DNA of 64,000 nucleotides from Octopus vulgaris. Lineage: Eukaryota. Below, piece after piece: positions 13,166 through 25,937 of this stretch. Each line of letters starts with the position of its first letter. Position 1 is the stretch's first letter. A program made the translations under genes and the position numbers. The stretch covers positions 7,254,001 to 7,318,000 of the forward strand of contig OX597824.1 of the NCBI GenBank assembly GCA_951406725.2. Direction: 5' to 3'. Below the pieces are notes generated by a model. That model was not told the DNA's origin and did no database searches. It saw nothing but the letters and a program-made list of their open reading frames with translations.

Positions 13166-13742
13166 TTCCTCTTTATCCTATCCTCACTCCTACCACTCTG
13201 CTTCTTTCCTTCCTATCCATCACCTTCTCACTTGGTTCGTCTTTCGTTATTTTTCTCTTTTCCCACTCACCGGGGATGAGATAACTTTTCGATGCTGGTG
13301 AAAAAAAAACGAACAGACACAGCATAGAACAAAGAGAACTCTTTCGTTTAGCTGGTGTTTAAATAAAATGCATCAAGTGCACTCTGTGGAGTGATTAGCA
13401 AACAAATGCAGATAACACAGGAATAACAGAATTCCTCAGTCTTGTCAGCAACAAGGTGACCTCTGTTGCTGGCACCATAATAATATCATACAGTATGCTC
13501 AATAAAATGGCTGGCAAATGAACAGAGATAAAATATGGAAGCAAAGACTTTTTAGAGAAACTCTCAAGTTTTGTTGCTTTTATAAAATGCACCTAGCCAT
13601 AGAACACAAAAAGAAACAGAAAGTGCAAGTGAAGTGTGGCCTCAAGTTTTCTAGAAGGGCAGTAAGTTCGAATAAGTATCGGCTCAGTTTGTGAAGATCT
13701 TTCCATTTCTTGCCAGCATGGAAAAGCAGTGGTGGTAGCAAA

Positions 13743-14031
13743 GATGAAGACAATGATGATGATGATGATGACGACGATTATGATGATGACAACGACGACG
13801 ATGATGATAACGATTATGATGATGATGATGATGACGATGATGATGACAACGATAACGATTATGATGATGATGATGATGACAATGATTATGATAATGATGA
13901 TGATGATGACGACGACGACCACGATTATGATGATGATGACGACGACGATGATAACAATTATGATGATGATGATGATGACGATGATAATGACGACGATAAC
14001 AATTATGATGATGATGATGACGACGACGATT

Positions 14032-14062
<31 letters not shown>

Positions 14063-14224
14063 CAACGACGACGATTATGATGATGATGATGATGACGACG
14101 ATAACGACGATGATAATGATGATGATGATGATGATGATGACGACGACGACGATTATGATGATGATGACGACGACGATGATAACGATTATGATGATGACGA
14201 TGATGACGATGATGATGATGATAA
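13743..14224. repeat. Compound (GAT/GAC)n microsatellite, expanded family B tail
   Basis: Preceded by TGCCAGCATGGAAAAGC, the family B 3' end. Confidence 0.95.
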
Positions 14225-17200
14225 TTTGCCAGCAGATTTACTATATCAAAAAGATGCTACATGTAGGGTAAAAACGAGTTTAAAGTATAAATGAAACAAA
14301 GCTAAGAGCTAGTTTTTTTTTGGTTGTTTTGAATTTTTCTTTTTTTGAGACTTCAAAAAGTTGCTTTTTTTTTTTTGTTGTTTTCTTTAGCTTTAAACAT
14401 TAAAGTTTCCAGACTGCAGGGGTTAATACATATTCATAAATATTCTGAGTGGCATTCAATAATGTAAAATATATATTATTTCAAAGAGTATTTTATAAAT
14501 ATGATTCAATATATCAAACTACAGAAAAAAAATCAACTGATATATCGACACACAAATCTATCGGTTATGGAAACAAAATTCTAATTACTCCTATTTTTAA
14601 CTGGAAGCCTATTATGCCTGCATATGTGTGTCAGAGAATTTTGCAGAGAACATTACAGGAAGATTATAATGTTCAGAGGGGGGAAAAAGAAAAAAACATT
14701 CATGATACACTTGAGATGAAGAAAGAAATTGTGAAAATGAAGTAAGCTTCATCTGCATTTCAATTCATTTTTGTTTTAAAAAAAAAAAAGAAAAAACATG
14801 AAACCTCTTTGTAGCGTGATGCGTGTTTATGTAGTTAAAGTTTACAATATGTGGTTTGTTGCTGTTTCTATTTTAGGTTTCAAGAATATTCAAATGCAAA
14901 ACAAAAAAAAATAAATAAATCACTTTTAATCAACATGAAAACCTATCGTTATTAAGATTTTTGCCTCTTTTACATATATTCAAATAAACATACACAAAAA
15001 AAAAAAAAAAAATTATTATTTTTCACCATCTTTTCTATCAGAAAAAAAAAAAAAGAAAAAATAATAACCTGTAGCAAGAAAATGAATCTTGATTTGATAA
15101 TGAATCTAAAGAAATTTTTAAAAGGCACCAGATATATAGGAGTGTCGAACCAAGTATCATTTTATTTATTCACAGAAAGTGCATAAGGGAAGTTGTGTGC
15201 GTGTAGTAGGACAAGATACGAGACATGTAGTTTGTCTATGCCATGTTGAGTTGTATGTTGTACACTGAGTAATTAAAAGAGAGAGAGAGAAGAGGAGAGA
15301 GAGAGGGGGAGAGTGTGTGTGTGGGTGTTGTTACCGCTGCATAGAATTAAAGTGGTTATTCCTTGAAGGATAAAAATAAAACAACTTTCTAATTACATAG
15401 CATAAAATTAGCTACTAATAAGAAAAAAAAAATATTTTTAAAAAATGAACAACACCAGTGAAATATACTAAAAAATACAAAAAATAGAAAACAATTAGAA
15501 GCTGCCACAACATTTACCTTCAAGATATTTGAGTCAGAGTTCTTTCAATATTTTCATTTACATCAAATCAGTGAACTAATTAGTTCAAATAAATAAATTA
15601 AGAAAGTGACCAGAGAATTTATCAGTGATAAACAAATTCATTTCCAAATATCCACCTCTAACTATAAACTACGAAATGTAATAGAAATGGAATTTAAACA
15701 TTTCTATTCAAATTGAATAAAAAAAAAATAATCAAAACACTCCACGATAAAAAACAAACAGTTGATGAGTTGAGGGAGTTTAGATGTTTTTTTTTGTCTT
15801 GGTTTTGGTTTTTTTTTTTATATCAGAGTAAAACTTATGTATACATACATTAAAAAGATTTCTTCAAAACAAACTAAGAACTTGGAGGGAGGGAGGGTGT
15901 GTGTGTGTGCGTTTTTTTTTATTTTTCAAAAACTCTTCCTACTATTTTTCTTACAGAAAAAATTTCTAATTATTTCACAGAATGTAAGAAAATCACAATT
16001 TGAAAACAACTTTAAAAACATTAAGATGTTCAAAAGTAAATTATATTGAACATAAACCTATTTCTTAAGAAATCTAAATGACATTCGAAACCCATTGTGT
16101 GTGTGTGTGTATGTATGTGTGGGCTTAAGTGTGCTTTTTTTTTTTTTTTTGGTGGTGGGGGTGCATGTGTGTATTTTTTACGGTAGGCGTTTACAGAAAC
16201 ATTACAGAGTAAATTAAATAAAATTCTCAACAATTCCATATTCAATAAATGTTTGTAGATGTCATGTACTGCTGATCTACTTGTGTAACCATTCAGAGAT
16301 TTACACCACCTCACTTGTAATGATAGTTTAAGCAACAAGCTACAGAGGGAGCCACTATTCAATTACTCAACAAGGTAGAAATTTCTTTCAAAATATTCTC
16401 TAATGTCTCAGCAAAGGGAAGACACGTTACATTCTTTAAATTTGATAAAAGCATTAAGATAAAAATGAGGATGTGCCTAGTTATATCCTTGATCATAAAT
16501 TTGCTTAATCGGGAATTAAGAGGAAGTAGACTGTAATGAATATTAGAGCCATTATTTGAAGAATATCGCAGGAGTGGCTGTGTGGGTTCGCCAGCCCTCA
16601 ATCAAACTGTCCAACCCATGCTAACATGGAAAGAGGACATTAAACAATGATGATGATATACTAAAAAAAACTCTCTGTTGGGAAGCTTTTGCACAATTAA
16701 GAGACTATGATGATCTGTTAAGGTCCAAGAAATGTCTTTTAGATTCACAGACAAAATGTTTTTTTTGTGTTTTCATGTAGCTGCAGCTTTAAAGTGTGCA
16801 CATTCGGGCTTTGTATGATCTCTTGCTAACTACAAATGATGGACAATTCCTGCTCTGAATGGAACATTCAAAGACTTATTTCACAAGTATTTACAGTAAT
16901 TTCACAGGTATCTCAACTGTAAATGGAATCGTAACAATGGCACAAGGCTGGACCAAGACTGAAATGAGGGCAAAGAAATAAATGAACATACTGACCTGAT
17001 CACAGCAGTGGCAGAAGCAATGATTGTCATAAATTCTAAGAATATATTCTACATTAACCTTAAGAGCACCAGAATGACAAGTTTGATAAAATGCTTTAGC
17101 AGATGGTAACACATATCCAACAGATCCGTCTTCAACACTATGGAAATTTATTTCTAAGGCAAATTGGGAGAGTCAGTAAAGTGACTTGTGGTATTTGTTC

Positions 17201-17481
17201 TGACAGTTGGTATACTGAGTTCAAATCCAGTTGAGTTCAACTTCGTCTTTCATCCATTTTTTTTCATTTTATCTAGTTTCAGTTCACGAGCTGTGGCCAT
17301 GCTGGGGCACCGCCATTTGGGATCAATAAAAAAAATGTATTAATCCAAGATGATGGATTGGTAGATCTGTAGGAACATCAGGTCACATGCCTTACAGTAT
17401 TTAGCCTGGTTCATTGTAAATGAGTTCAAATCCTGCTATGCCCTACAGATGGGGATTAGAATTAATTTGTCAGCTAATTTA

Positions 17482-17717
17482 CCTATTTCTTTACTACCCA
17501 CAAGGGGCTAAACACAGAGAGGACAAACAAGGACAGACAAACGGATTAAGTCGATTACATCGACCCCAGTGCGTAACTGGTACTTAATTTATCGACCCCG
17601 AAAAGGATGAAAGGCAAATTCGACCTCGGCGGAATTTGAACTCAGAACGTAACGGCAGACGAAATACAGCTACACATTTCGCCTGGCGTGCTAACGTATC
17701 TGCCAGCTCACCGCCTT
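17482..17717 (-). mobile_element. SINE family C, full length
   Basis: On the minus strand: A-box-like TGGCAGATACG, B-box GAGTTCAAATTC, Nin-like GCCTTTCATCCTTTTCGGGGTCGATAAATTAAGTACCAG; TSD TCAGCTAATTT at 17470 and 17719. Confidence 0.9.
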
Positions 17718-17955
17718 ATCAGCTAATTTTCCATCCATGTGACACCTTGGGTGCCTTTAGTGAAGTCCACCCTGTTGAAAGTATTCGAACCATAGTTTCA
17801 GATTTAGGATCCCTTTATCTCTCCCTCCCACCAGTCAGGGAAGCACTGAGCAGACCCTCTTCTCCTGACTAATCGTAAATAATGTCTAACATATTTTGGT
17901 AAAAATTCATGAGCATAACTTCTACTAACAAAAGAAGCTAAATAAATAAATAAAT

Positions 17956-18131
17956 AGGCACAGGAGCGGCTGTGTGGTAAGTAGCTTGCTAACCAGCCAC
18001 ATGGTTCCGGGTTCAGTCCCACTGCGTGGCATCTTGGGCAAGTGTCTTCTGCTATAGCCCCAGGCCGACCAATGCCTTGTGAGTGGATTTGGTAGACGGA
18101 AACTGAAAGAAGCCTGTCGTATATATGTATG

Positions 18132-18229
<98 letters not shown>

Positions 18230-18432
18230 TGTGTTTGTCCCCCTAGCATTGCTTGACAACCGATGCTGGTGTGTTTACGTCCCCGTCACTTAGCGGTTCG
18301 GCAAAAGAGACCGATAGAATAAGTACTGGGCTTACAAAGAATAAGTCCCGGGGTCGATTTGCTCGACTAAAGGCAGTGCTCCAGCATGGCCGCAGTCAAA
18401 TGACTGAAACAAGTAAAAGAGTAAAAAGAGAG
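17956..18432 (+). mobile_element. SINE family A, full length
   Basis: Complete head, core, (TA)/(TG)n middle and AAAAGAGT tail. Confidence 0.92.
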
Positions 18433-18902
18433 TAAATGTTTAAAGCGTTTTTGTGAATGCATTTGTAACAAACCCCCCTGTTTATATATTTCAAGTGATT
18501 TCGATAACAATGAAAAACCCGGCAGGAATTGGTGAAATAGCTAATTCTTAAATTATGAGAATCCAGTGTGTGGAACAAGGTTCTTACACAAATTCATTAT
18601 GGAAAATTTTAATTTGATTTTAATTTGATTTTATTATGGAAGATTTTAATTAAGATTTTAATTGCACAAAATTATTAAGGAAGATACAAACACATCTTGA
18701 TTGATATCTCTGTGTCATAGCACCAGCAGCAATCCTAAGCATGTCAGTGGCAAAAAGGTTAACATCCTGAGATGACACTTCCTAAACATGATCAATTGTT
18801 CAGGCCATTATTCTCATTTTTAGAGAATAAGTTTACAATACCTGTCTTTGCTTGAGCACAAGACCACAGGGAAGGTTTATGGAACTATTCTACCTATATC
18901 TA

Positions 18903-19187
18903 GCGTGATCGTTACCAACTTTGCCTTACTGGCACCTGTGCCGGTGGCATGTGTAAAAAGATTCGAGCGAGGTCATTGCCAGTACCGCCTGACTGGCCTT
19001 GTACCAGTGGCACGTAAAAGCACCCACTACACTCTCGGAGTGGTTGGCGTTAGGAAGGGCATCCAGCTGTAGAAACTCTGCCAGATCAAAACTGGAGCCT
19101 GGTGCGGCCGTCTGGTTCGCCAGCCCTCAGTCAAAATCGTCCAACCCATGCTAGCATGGAAGGCGGACGTTAAATGATGATCATGAT
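18903..19187 (+). mobile_element. SINE-like family B
   Basis: GTGCCGGTGGCA modules, GTTGGCGTTAGGAAGGGCATCCAGCTGTAGAAAC, GAT tail. Confidence 0.9.
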
Positions 19188-19398
19188 GTTGTCCAAAGCA
19201 GGGTAGGCTTTGCAGGCTGCTGCCATCATATCAAACACCTAGCCATATTCGATGCTATATTTCAGAGACTTTTCATACCTTGGGATACACAGCATGAAAC
19301 TGAGGAACTACCAAAGCTAATGGAGATCAGAGATTCCTAGCAAGGTCCATTGAAACACATCTTGCTGCTTGAGGAAGGCAATATTTATATTTAAGACA

Positions 19399-19700
19399 AC
19401 GCGCCTTCACTAGTCAGTTAAGGTGAGACAGTGTCTCATGACAACTTGTTGGGGCTGCCTGCTGGAGCCTAGCAGCAGGTATTTAAAGGAAATTTGACAT
19501 TCAGTCAGTCACCGGCTGACACTCGCTGACGATACATCAAAGAGACCAGGGAACAGAAGAAAGAAAAGGAAACAAGACATGCACCCAACACCAGAGCTGA
19601 AGACACCTCTGAAAAGGGGCGCCTCGTCACGTCAAAGCAGTAGAGGAGTAGGGGCTGAAACCGGACGTGGTTCCTCCTGATGATGTCTTGAGCTAACTGG
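19399..19700 (+). mobile_element. Dispersed repeat, Penelope pseudo-LTR-like (copy 2)
   Basis: Shared with 10279-10546; ends GAAACCGGAC...CCTCCTGATGATGTC. Confidence 0.55.
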
Positions 19701-21038
19701 ATCCTATAAAGGAGCTGTTGTGGTAGCAGACCACATAAAACGGTTGTAATTCCTATTTACACCAAACTTTGACCAGTTGAACTGCCAATCAATCTTTAGG
19801 TGTTTTATTCCTAAATATGTACATTGGCCAAAGGTGGATTTGAACTCTACACCTACTTCTAGCTGAAAGGTAAAAACACCCTTGTCCACCTTGCCACCTA
19901 TGCATGTATACACTCCAGCACTTAAAAGTAAATCTAACGATGAGGCTAATAGTTCAAAATCATTAGCTTAATTGTTAATATTGATTATAATCCAAATTAA
20001 TTATTTCCATTGAGTACAATCTAATTTAATTAGCTCTATTGATTATAATCCAGTTTTGGATATTAAGGGATTGTAAACATCACGAAAACAACAAATACAC
20101 TTCACAACATTGATTTGTCTAAGTCAGTGCTTTGGCACCACTGAGGAACATCGGAATTTCTACAGATTGACGGCTTCCTAACTAAGCATTCAGTTTCTTG
20201 ATATATTCTGATTGACATCTAATGACATAATCTAAAAAAGGGATGATCGGGGGGGGGGGAGATTCTTAATTTCCATATAATCTGACATCAGCCCTGTACC
20301 ACACCCCTCACCTCTTCTAAGAAATGTCATAAATTATAAGGTACTGAGAATAGTGTCAAAGTTAAATGCTGAACAAAAATCATTTGAAAATCAAAGATCT
20401 GAAAAAGGTGGACAGTCATGTCAAAAAATCATTGCCAAACTGACCATTCCTTCTAGGTTACAGAAAATGTTTCTAGAGCATCAGAAACAAATTACGTATG
20501 GTATTTGTTCTAGTTATTTAAGTTCTGTTCTGAGTTCAAATTCTGCCTAAGTTAACTTTGCCTTTCCTATTTATGGGCTTGATAAAATACCTGTCAAGTA
20601 CCAGAATCAATACAATTGATTGATTCCGTTCTCTAAATGGTTTATTTTGAGAAGGGTTGGCAGTGAGCAACTCTTTTCAGAAATTACTGGTAGAAAAAAA
20701 TGGTTTTCAGCAAAGATTTGAAATTAGAAAGAAGCTTCCCTATCAACCAGCTCAACCAGACTGGCTAAATCATTACAGTTGATGTTCAGACAGTTAAAAG
20801 TTGAGTTGAGAAGAGAGCTTAAGGAGTTGTTGTGTTGATCAGGAATATGGTGTGATGAGATGAGTGGAATGGGTCCATGAATTTCCTCTTTGGTCTTGAG
20901 CTCAAGCCATTATCTTTTGGAAAGATAATAGAATACTTTAAGTAGCACAGAAGGCAGAAATGAGATATACCAGAAAAAATATTTGTGTTTCAGAAAGGAA
21001 TAACATGAGTGCATGTATGAAATGAAGTTTCTATTAGG

Positions 21039-21315
21039 GAGCAAATATTTAAGAAAAAGTGGAAGTGGATTGGTAGCACAATTAGAAAAGACACACCAAA
21101 TGTAGCGAAAAGTGTTTATGGTGGAAACCGGATGGATATAGAAGGAGAGGTAGGCCTAAGAACTCGTGGTGGAGATCAACACAAAAGGAACTAGAGAAAG
21201 GGGGACATTCATGGCAGAGTATAAGTACAGAAGCCAAATATTATGTGACATGGAATTCAACTATAAGTGGCCTATACTCCACGTTGGAGGGTTAAAGGCA
21301 GGAAGAAGAAAGAAG
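21039..21315 (+). mobile_element. RTE-clade LINE 3' fragment, frameshifted
   Basis: KKKWKWIGSTIRK...WKPDGYRRRGRPKNSWWRS...W...GLYSTLEG*, the typical RTE C-terminus; GAA-rich tail. Confidence 0.85.
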
Positions 21316-22904
21316 ATGTGACATTTAAACTAAAATTAACAGATACTGGCAAAGACAAGGATAAAATGCCCAAGACTTGTAGATTGTTTTAAACTTGACA
21401 AGGCTACAAGATAAAGATATGGTTTAGTGATGAAGAGAAAGAGGAAACCAAAGTTTGCTGATGGTCACTAGATACCGTGTAGTTCTGTGTTATTAGTACT
21501 GAGCCTCTTTGTTTGCTTGCTACAGAGAGAAGCATTAATGAAATGGAGAAGAAAATAATATGTGATTATGAGCTGGTTGATAGGACAGCTTCTTTCTAAT
21601 TTCAAATCTTAGCTGAAAACCATTTTTTTCTACCAGTAATTTCTGATTATCAGTAGCACTACCGAAAGGAAGATTACGCTTGATGCAAATCTTCAAGAGA
21701 TAGCCAAGGAATTGGTGCTAAATAAGGTAATGTGTTTGGACAGTCATCCAAAATTGGGAAGATAATGATGTTTATTGACTAAATTCAAATGCTTAACGCT
21801 AATGTTAATAACCTTTATATTATATATTCTTTTACTGGGTCCAGGCAATCAGTTGTAGCTCTGCGAAATCATTGCTCTGATTAATACCATACAATAACAA
21901 AGTTCAATTTTCATACAAATGTTGGATTCCACCAAGAATATGAGCAAACATCAATTTTCAAAACAGCACATCTGAGAACTATATTTTCCACTCCAGTGAA
22001 ATTTTGCTGGATTTACCTAAGCGAATTTTCAAATGAATTATCTTTTTTTTTATTCATTTATTCCTTTTCTCTCAATCAGGATTTTCAGGAACCTGGAAGA
22101 AAATGTCCAATGAATGGCATCGGTGTGAAAAGAAATTTTACAGACCAGTATTCCTGCTGCTGTAGATATAAGCCATTGATTAAAATCCTTCTTTAATCAG
22201 AGCTCCCCTAATAATTTCGAACACACCGGGAACAGTAAAATTAACTAAGATATTCAATAACACATAGAGCAGTCACCTTCATTTCATTCACCAGTCAGAA
22301 CTTATTAGATATCTCCATTATATGAAATTTCAGCCACGACTTTACTTTAAAGAGTTCTCACACAAACTATTCAAGCATTACATTGTCTAAGATTTCAATA
22401 CATCTATTCTCTTTTAGCTGTCAAATATATTTATTCTTATCAAAGTATGCAATTGATCTTTATAATTCAGTTTGATGTGGAATATCCTTCGCGCCATTCA
22501 TACATAATCAAACCACGGCTAGTTTCTTCTATTTATTTTGTCAACAACAACAACAATCAACAGATGATGGGTCAGCCGTCAAATGAAGCCTATTAGAGTA
22601 TAGATAGGTTTTTGTTGACCAGAAAAACATACATTTATTTATACATAAGATATATGTGTGTCAGCTGTGTCTAGATCAAATGTACAAGTGGATAAAGTAT
22701 TCAACACAGGTCATGGATCATAAAGTTTTATTTGCTGCGGATGTCTGTGGAGAGTATGTGTGAGCAGAGAAGAAAGAGAATAATTCTTCGTGTTCGAGGT
22801 TACTGTGTGGTAAAGAAACAGCTAATCAACCTTTTAGTGATATTACCTAATATTAACTAGTAGTATCAGACACACACGCACGCGTATATATGGATGTATC
22901 TTTT

Positions 22905-23083
22905 TTCCTTTTTTACTTCTTTCAGTCATTAGACTACAGCCATGCTGGAGCACTAGCTTCAAGATTTTTTTTTTAAAGCAGGGTGCTTATTCTACCAGTC
23001 TGATTTGTCAAAATGCAAAGTTACGGGGACATAAACACACCAGTTCTCAAGCGACAGTGGGGAACAGACAGACAGACAGACAG

Positions 23084-23145
<62 letters not shown>

Positions 23146-23293
23146 TATATGATGGGCTTCTTTCAGTTTCCAACTACCAAATCCACTGAAATTACAGGAA
23201 AAGACATTTGCCCAAGGCGCCACACAGTAAGACTGAACCAGGAACAATGTGAATGGGAAATAAGCTTCTTACCACACAGCCATGCCTGTGCCT
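22905..23293 (-). mobile_element. SINE family A, internally deleted
   Basis: Family A tail and head motifs in reverse complement. Confidence 0.75.
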
Positions 23294-23318
23294 CTATGTG
23301 TGTGTGTGTGTGTATGCT

Positions 23319-23358
<40 letters not shown>

Positions 23359-23402
23359 TAGATATACACATATACATACATATACATATATATATATATA
23401 CA

Positions 23403-23540
23403 CATCATCATTATCGTCATCGTTTAACATCCGCTTTCCATGCTGGCATGGGTTGGACGGTTTGACTGAGGACTGGCAAGCCAGAAGGCTGCACCAGGCT
23501 CCAATCTGATCTGCCAAAGTTTCTGCAGCTCAATGCCCTT
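23403..23540 (-). mobile_element. SINE-like family B, 3' part
   Basis: CATCGTTTAACATCCGCTTTCCATGCTGGCATGGGTTGG. Confidence 0.85.
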
Positions 23541-23609
23541 CGGCACACACACATCCTGTCTGTTAACAGGTTCAGCAATTAAACTTACTTCCAATAATCT
23601 CTCTCTCTC

Positions 23610-23665
<56 letters not shown>

Positions 23666-24129
23666 TATATATATACACACATATATATATACACACATAC
23701 AGGGTGTCCACAAAAGCACTCCCTGATTTCATGATGTTATATTTAAACTAATTCAGATATATATGGGCAGAAGAGTGGCTATAGGCACAGGAGTGGCTGT
23801 GTGGTAAGCAGCTGACTTACCAACCACATGGTTCAGTCCCAATGCATGGCACCTTGGGCAAGTAGTGGATTTGGTAGATGGAAACTGAAAGAAGCCTGTC
23901 ATATAAATAGATTGACCTCCTTTATGTTCCAAACCAGCCAGATCCAGCCTCTTACACCTACCCATAATATCATTCCCAAAGTAAAGAGTCGTATCACAGA
24001 AATGTCACAGCATGGCTAATACAGCAAACAAGCATCACATTTGGTAGAATAACCTGAAGAGTAAAGGGTTAAAAATGAAACGCAAGTTGCTGGGTAACCT
24101 TGTACCTCCTCTACAGCAACACACCTATT

Positions 24130-24437
24130 TTTTTGTTTGTTCCTTCTCAAGCCATGCCTGGCTCATAAGGGCTGGTTTCCCGCTTTTCTTGGCATATAGG
24201 TTCCCCACCTGGACGGGACGCCGGTCCGTCGCAGGTGAGCTGCAAGATGCAGGAGGAAAGAGTGAGAGAAAGTTATGGCAAAAGAGTCAGCAGACATTCG
24301 CCATTACCTTCTGCCGGAGCCGTGCGGAGCTTAGGTGCTTCGCTCATAAACACACACATCACCCGGTCTGAGATTCGAACCCGCGATCCCTCGATCGCGA
24401 GTCCGCTGCTCTAACCACTAGGCCATGTGCCTCCACA
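24130..24437 (-). mobile_element. Young tRNA-derived SINE (family D) with V-domain-like segment
   Basis: On the minus strand: TGGCCTAGTGG A box, GGTTCGAATCT B box, CCTGCGACGGACCGGCGTCCCGTCCAGG, AAAC/A tail; TSD ACACCTATT at 24121 and 24440; CpG-rich. Confidence 0.9.
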
Positions 24438-24547
24438 AGACACCTATTCCTGTCTCTCTGTCTCACTCTAACCTTTCATCACCTTCTCCACAAGATCATC
24501 TTCTCCAATGGCCCTGCTCCTATCAAAAGATTTTTGTCTTGCAAAAT

Positions 24548-24860
24548 TACTTGGTGACCCTGTCAGTGCAGGCACCACTTAAAAATCACCCAGTCCACAC
24601 TGTAAAGTGGTTGGCATTTGGAAGGGCATCCAGCTGTAAAAAAAAAACATTGCCAAAACTGACCTCACCTGTGCTGGTGCCACATAAAAAGCACTAAGTC
24701 CTTTCTGCTGAGTGGTTGGTGTTAGGAAGGACCATTCAGCTGTAAAAATCCTGCCAAAACAGACATAGAAGTCTGGTGCAGCTCCTGTCAAACCAATCCA
24801 TCCATGCCAGCATGGAAGGTGGACATTAAATGATGATGATGGTAGTGGTGGTGGTGGTGT

Positions 24861-24902
<42 letters not shown>

Positions 24903-24961
24903 GGAGGAGGAGGAGGAGGAGGAGGAGGAGGAGGGGGAGGGGGAGGAGGAGGAGGAGGAGG
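24548..24961 (+). mobile_element. SINE-like family B variant with (GAT)n/(GAG)n tail
   Basis: Same duplicated structure as 4522-4782. Confidence 0.8.
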
Positions 24962-25337
24962 ATATGTTACTACTTTGGCAGCAGCAATTGTCTTTTCTAA
25001 AATTCACACATTGTTCAGATAGAACAAAACTTTAATAATTCGTTACCGACATACAAACACCTTTATTATTTGCTCAACATACTAAAATTAGTAGCTAAGT
25101 TTTCCTCAAATGAAACAACAGTGTCTTTTTCCAGAAAAAAAAAAGCTAATAAAAAAGCAGATTGGATCAGGAAGTTCTATATACAATCCATTAATGAATC
25201 AGAAAGGACAGTCATGAATAAATAATTATATCAGTTTTACCACGTACCTTGTTCGAAGTACAAAATCATAAACACAGCAAAAATATATGAAAAGGGACAG
25301 AGATGTTTCTGTAAAGTGAGCAAGCCAACCTCTTTAA

Positions 25338-25560
25338 CCCTTTCATTACCAACCCAGCTGAAACTGCCTCTGGCTCTGTAGTACAAATGTCTTGTTTTCA
25401 TAAGTTTTGAATTAAAATCTTCCACCAAACCTTTGTCACAATTTACGTTCCTAACACTAGCTGAATGATAATTAAGTTATTTTACTAAATTCTTTGTTAT
25501 ATTTTGAAATTAATTGAAAGAATCACAGAGCATCTCAACAGAAATATGGTAATAAAAGGG
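25338..25560. mobile_element. piggyBac-like MITE
   Basis: TTAA|CCCTTTCATTAC...GTAATAAAAGGG|TTAA. Confidence 0.9.
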
Positions 25561-25712
25561 TTAAGAAGAAAAATAATCAGCAGAAGACATAAGAGAAGGA
25601 GGCCGCAATGTGGTCACTCTATATGCTAGAAATAATAGCCTAAATTTCCTTCAATCCATACCTTTCCAACTGCTTCTAATGTGCTTCTGCCCAAATGTAA
25701 AGGTGTGTTTAA

Positions 25713-25937
25713 CCCTTTCGTTACCAACCTGCCTGAAACCTCCTCTGGCTCTGTAGTACAAATGTCTTGTTTTCATAGGTTTTGAATTAAAATCTTCCAC
25801 CAAACCTTAGTCACAATTAATGTTCCTAACACTAGTTGAATGATAATAACAAAGTTATTTTACTAAATTCTTTGTTATATTTAAAATTAACTGAAAGAAA
25901 CACGGAGCATCTTAAAATAAATACAGTAACAAAAGGG
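25713..25937. mobile_element. piggyBac-like MITE, same family
   Basis: TTAA|CCCTTTCGTTAC...GTAACAAAAGGG|TTAA. Confidence 0.9.

Noticed and set aside
13395-13592. Terminal exon candidate after a good minus-strand acceptor, with a 14-bp hairpin at ~13443-13474
   Set aside because: Composition is intron-like, no recognisable protein, and the hairpin is too short for a miRNA
13710-14294. Poly-Asp ORF resembling acidic shell-matrix proteins
   Set aside because: Expanded (GAT)n SINE tail; no signal peptide or exon structure
22071-22091. Possible terminal exon VPENPD* after acceptor TTTTCTTCCAG on the minus strand
   Set aside because: Too short to support without transcript data
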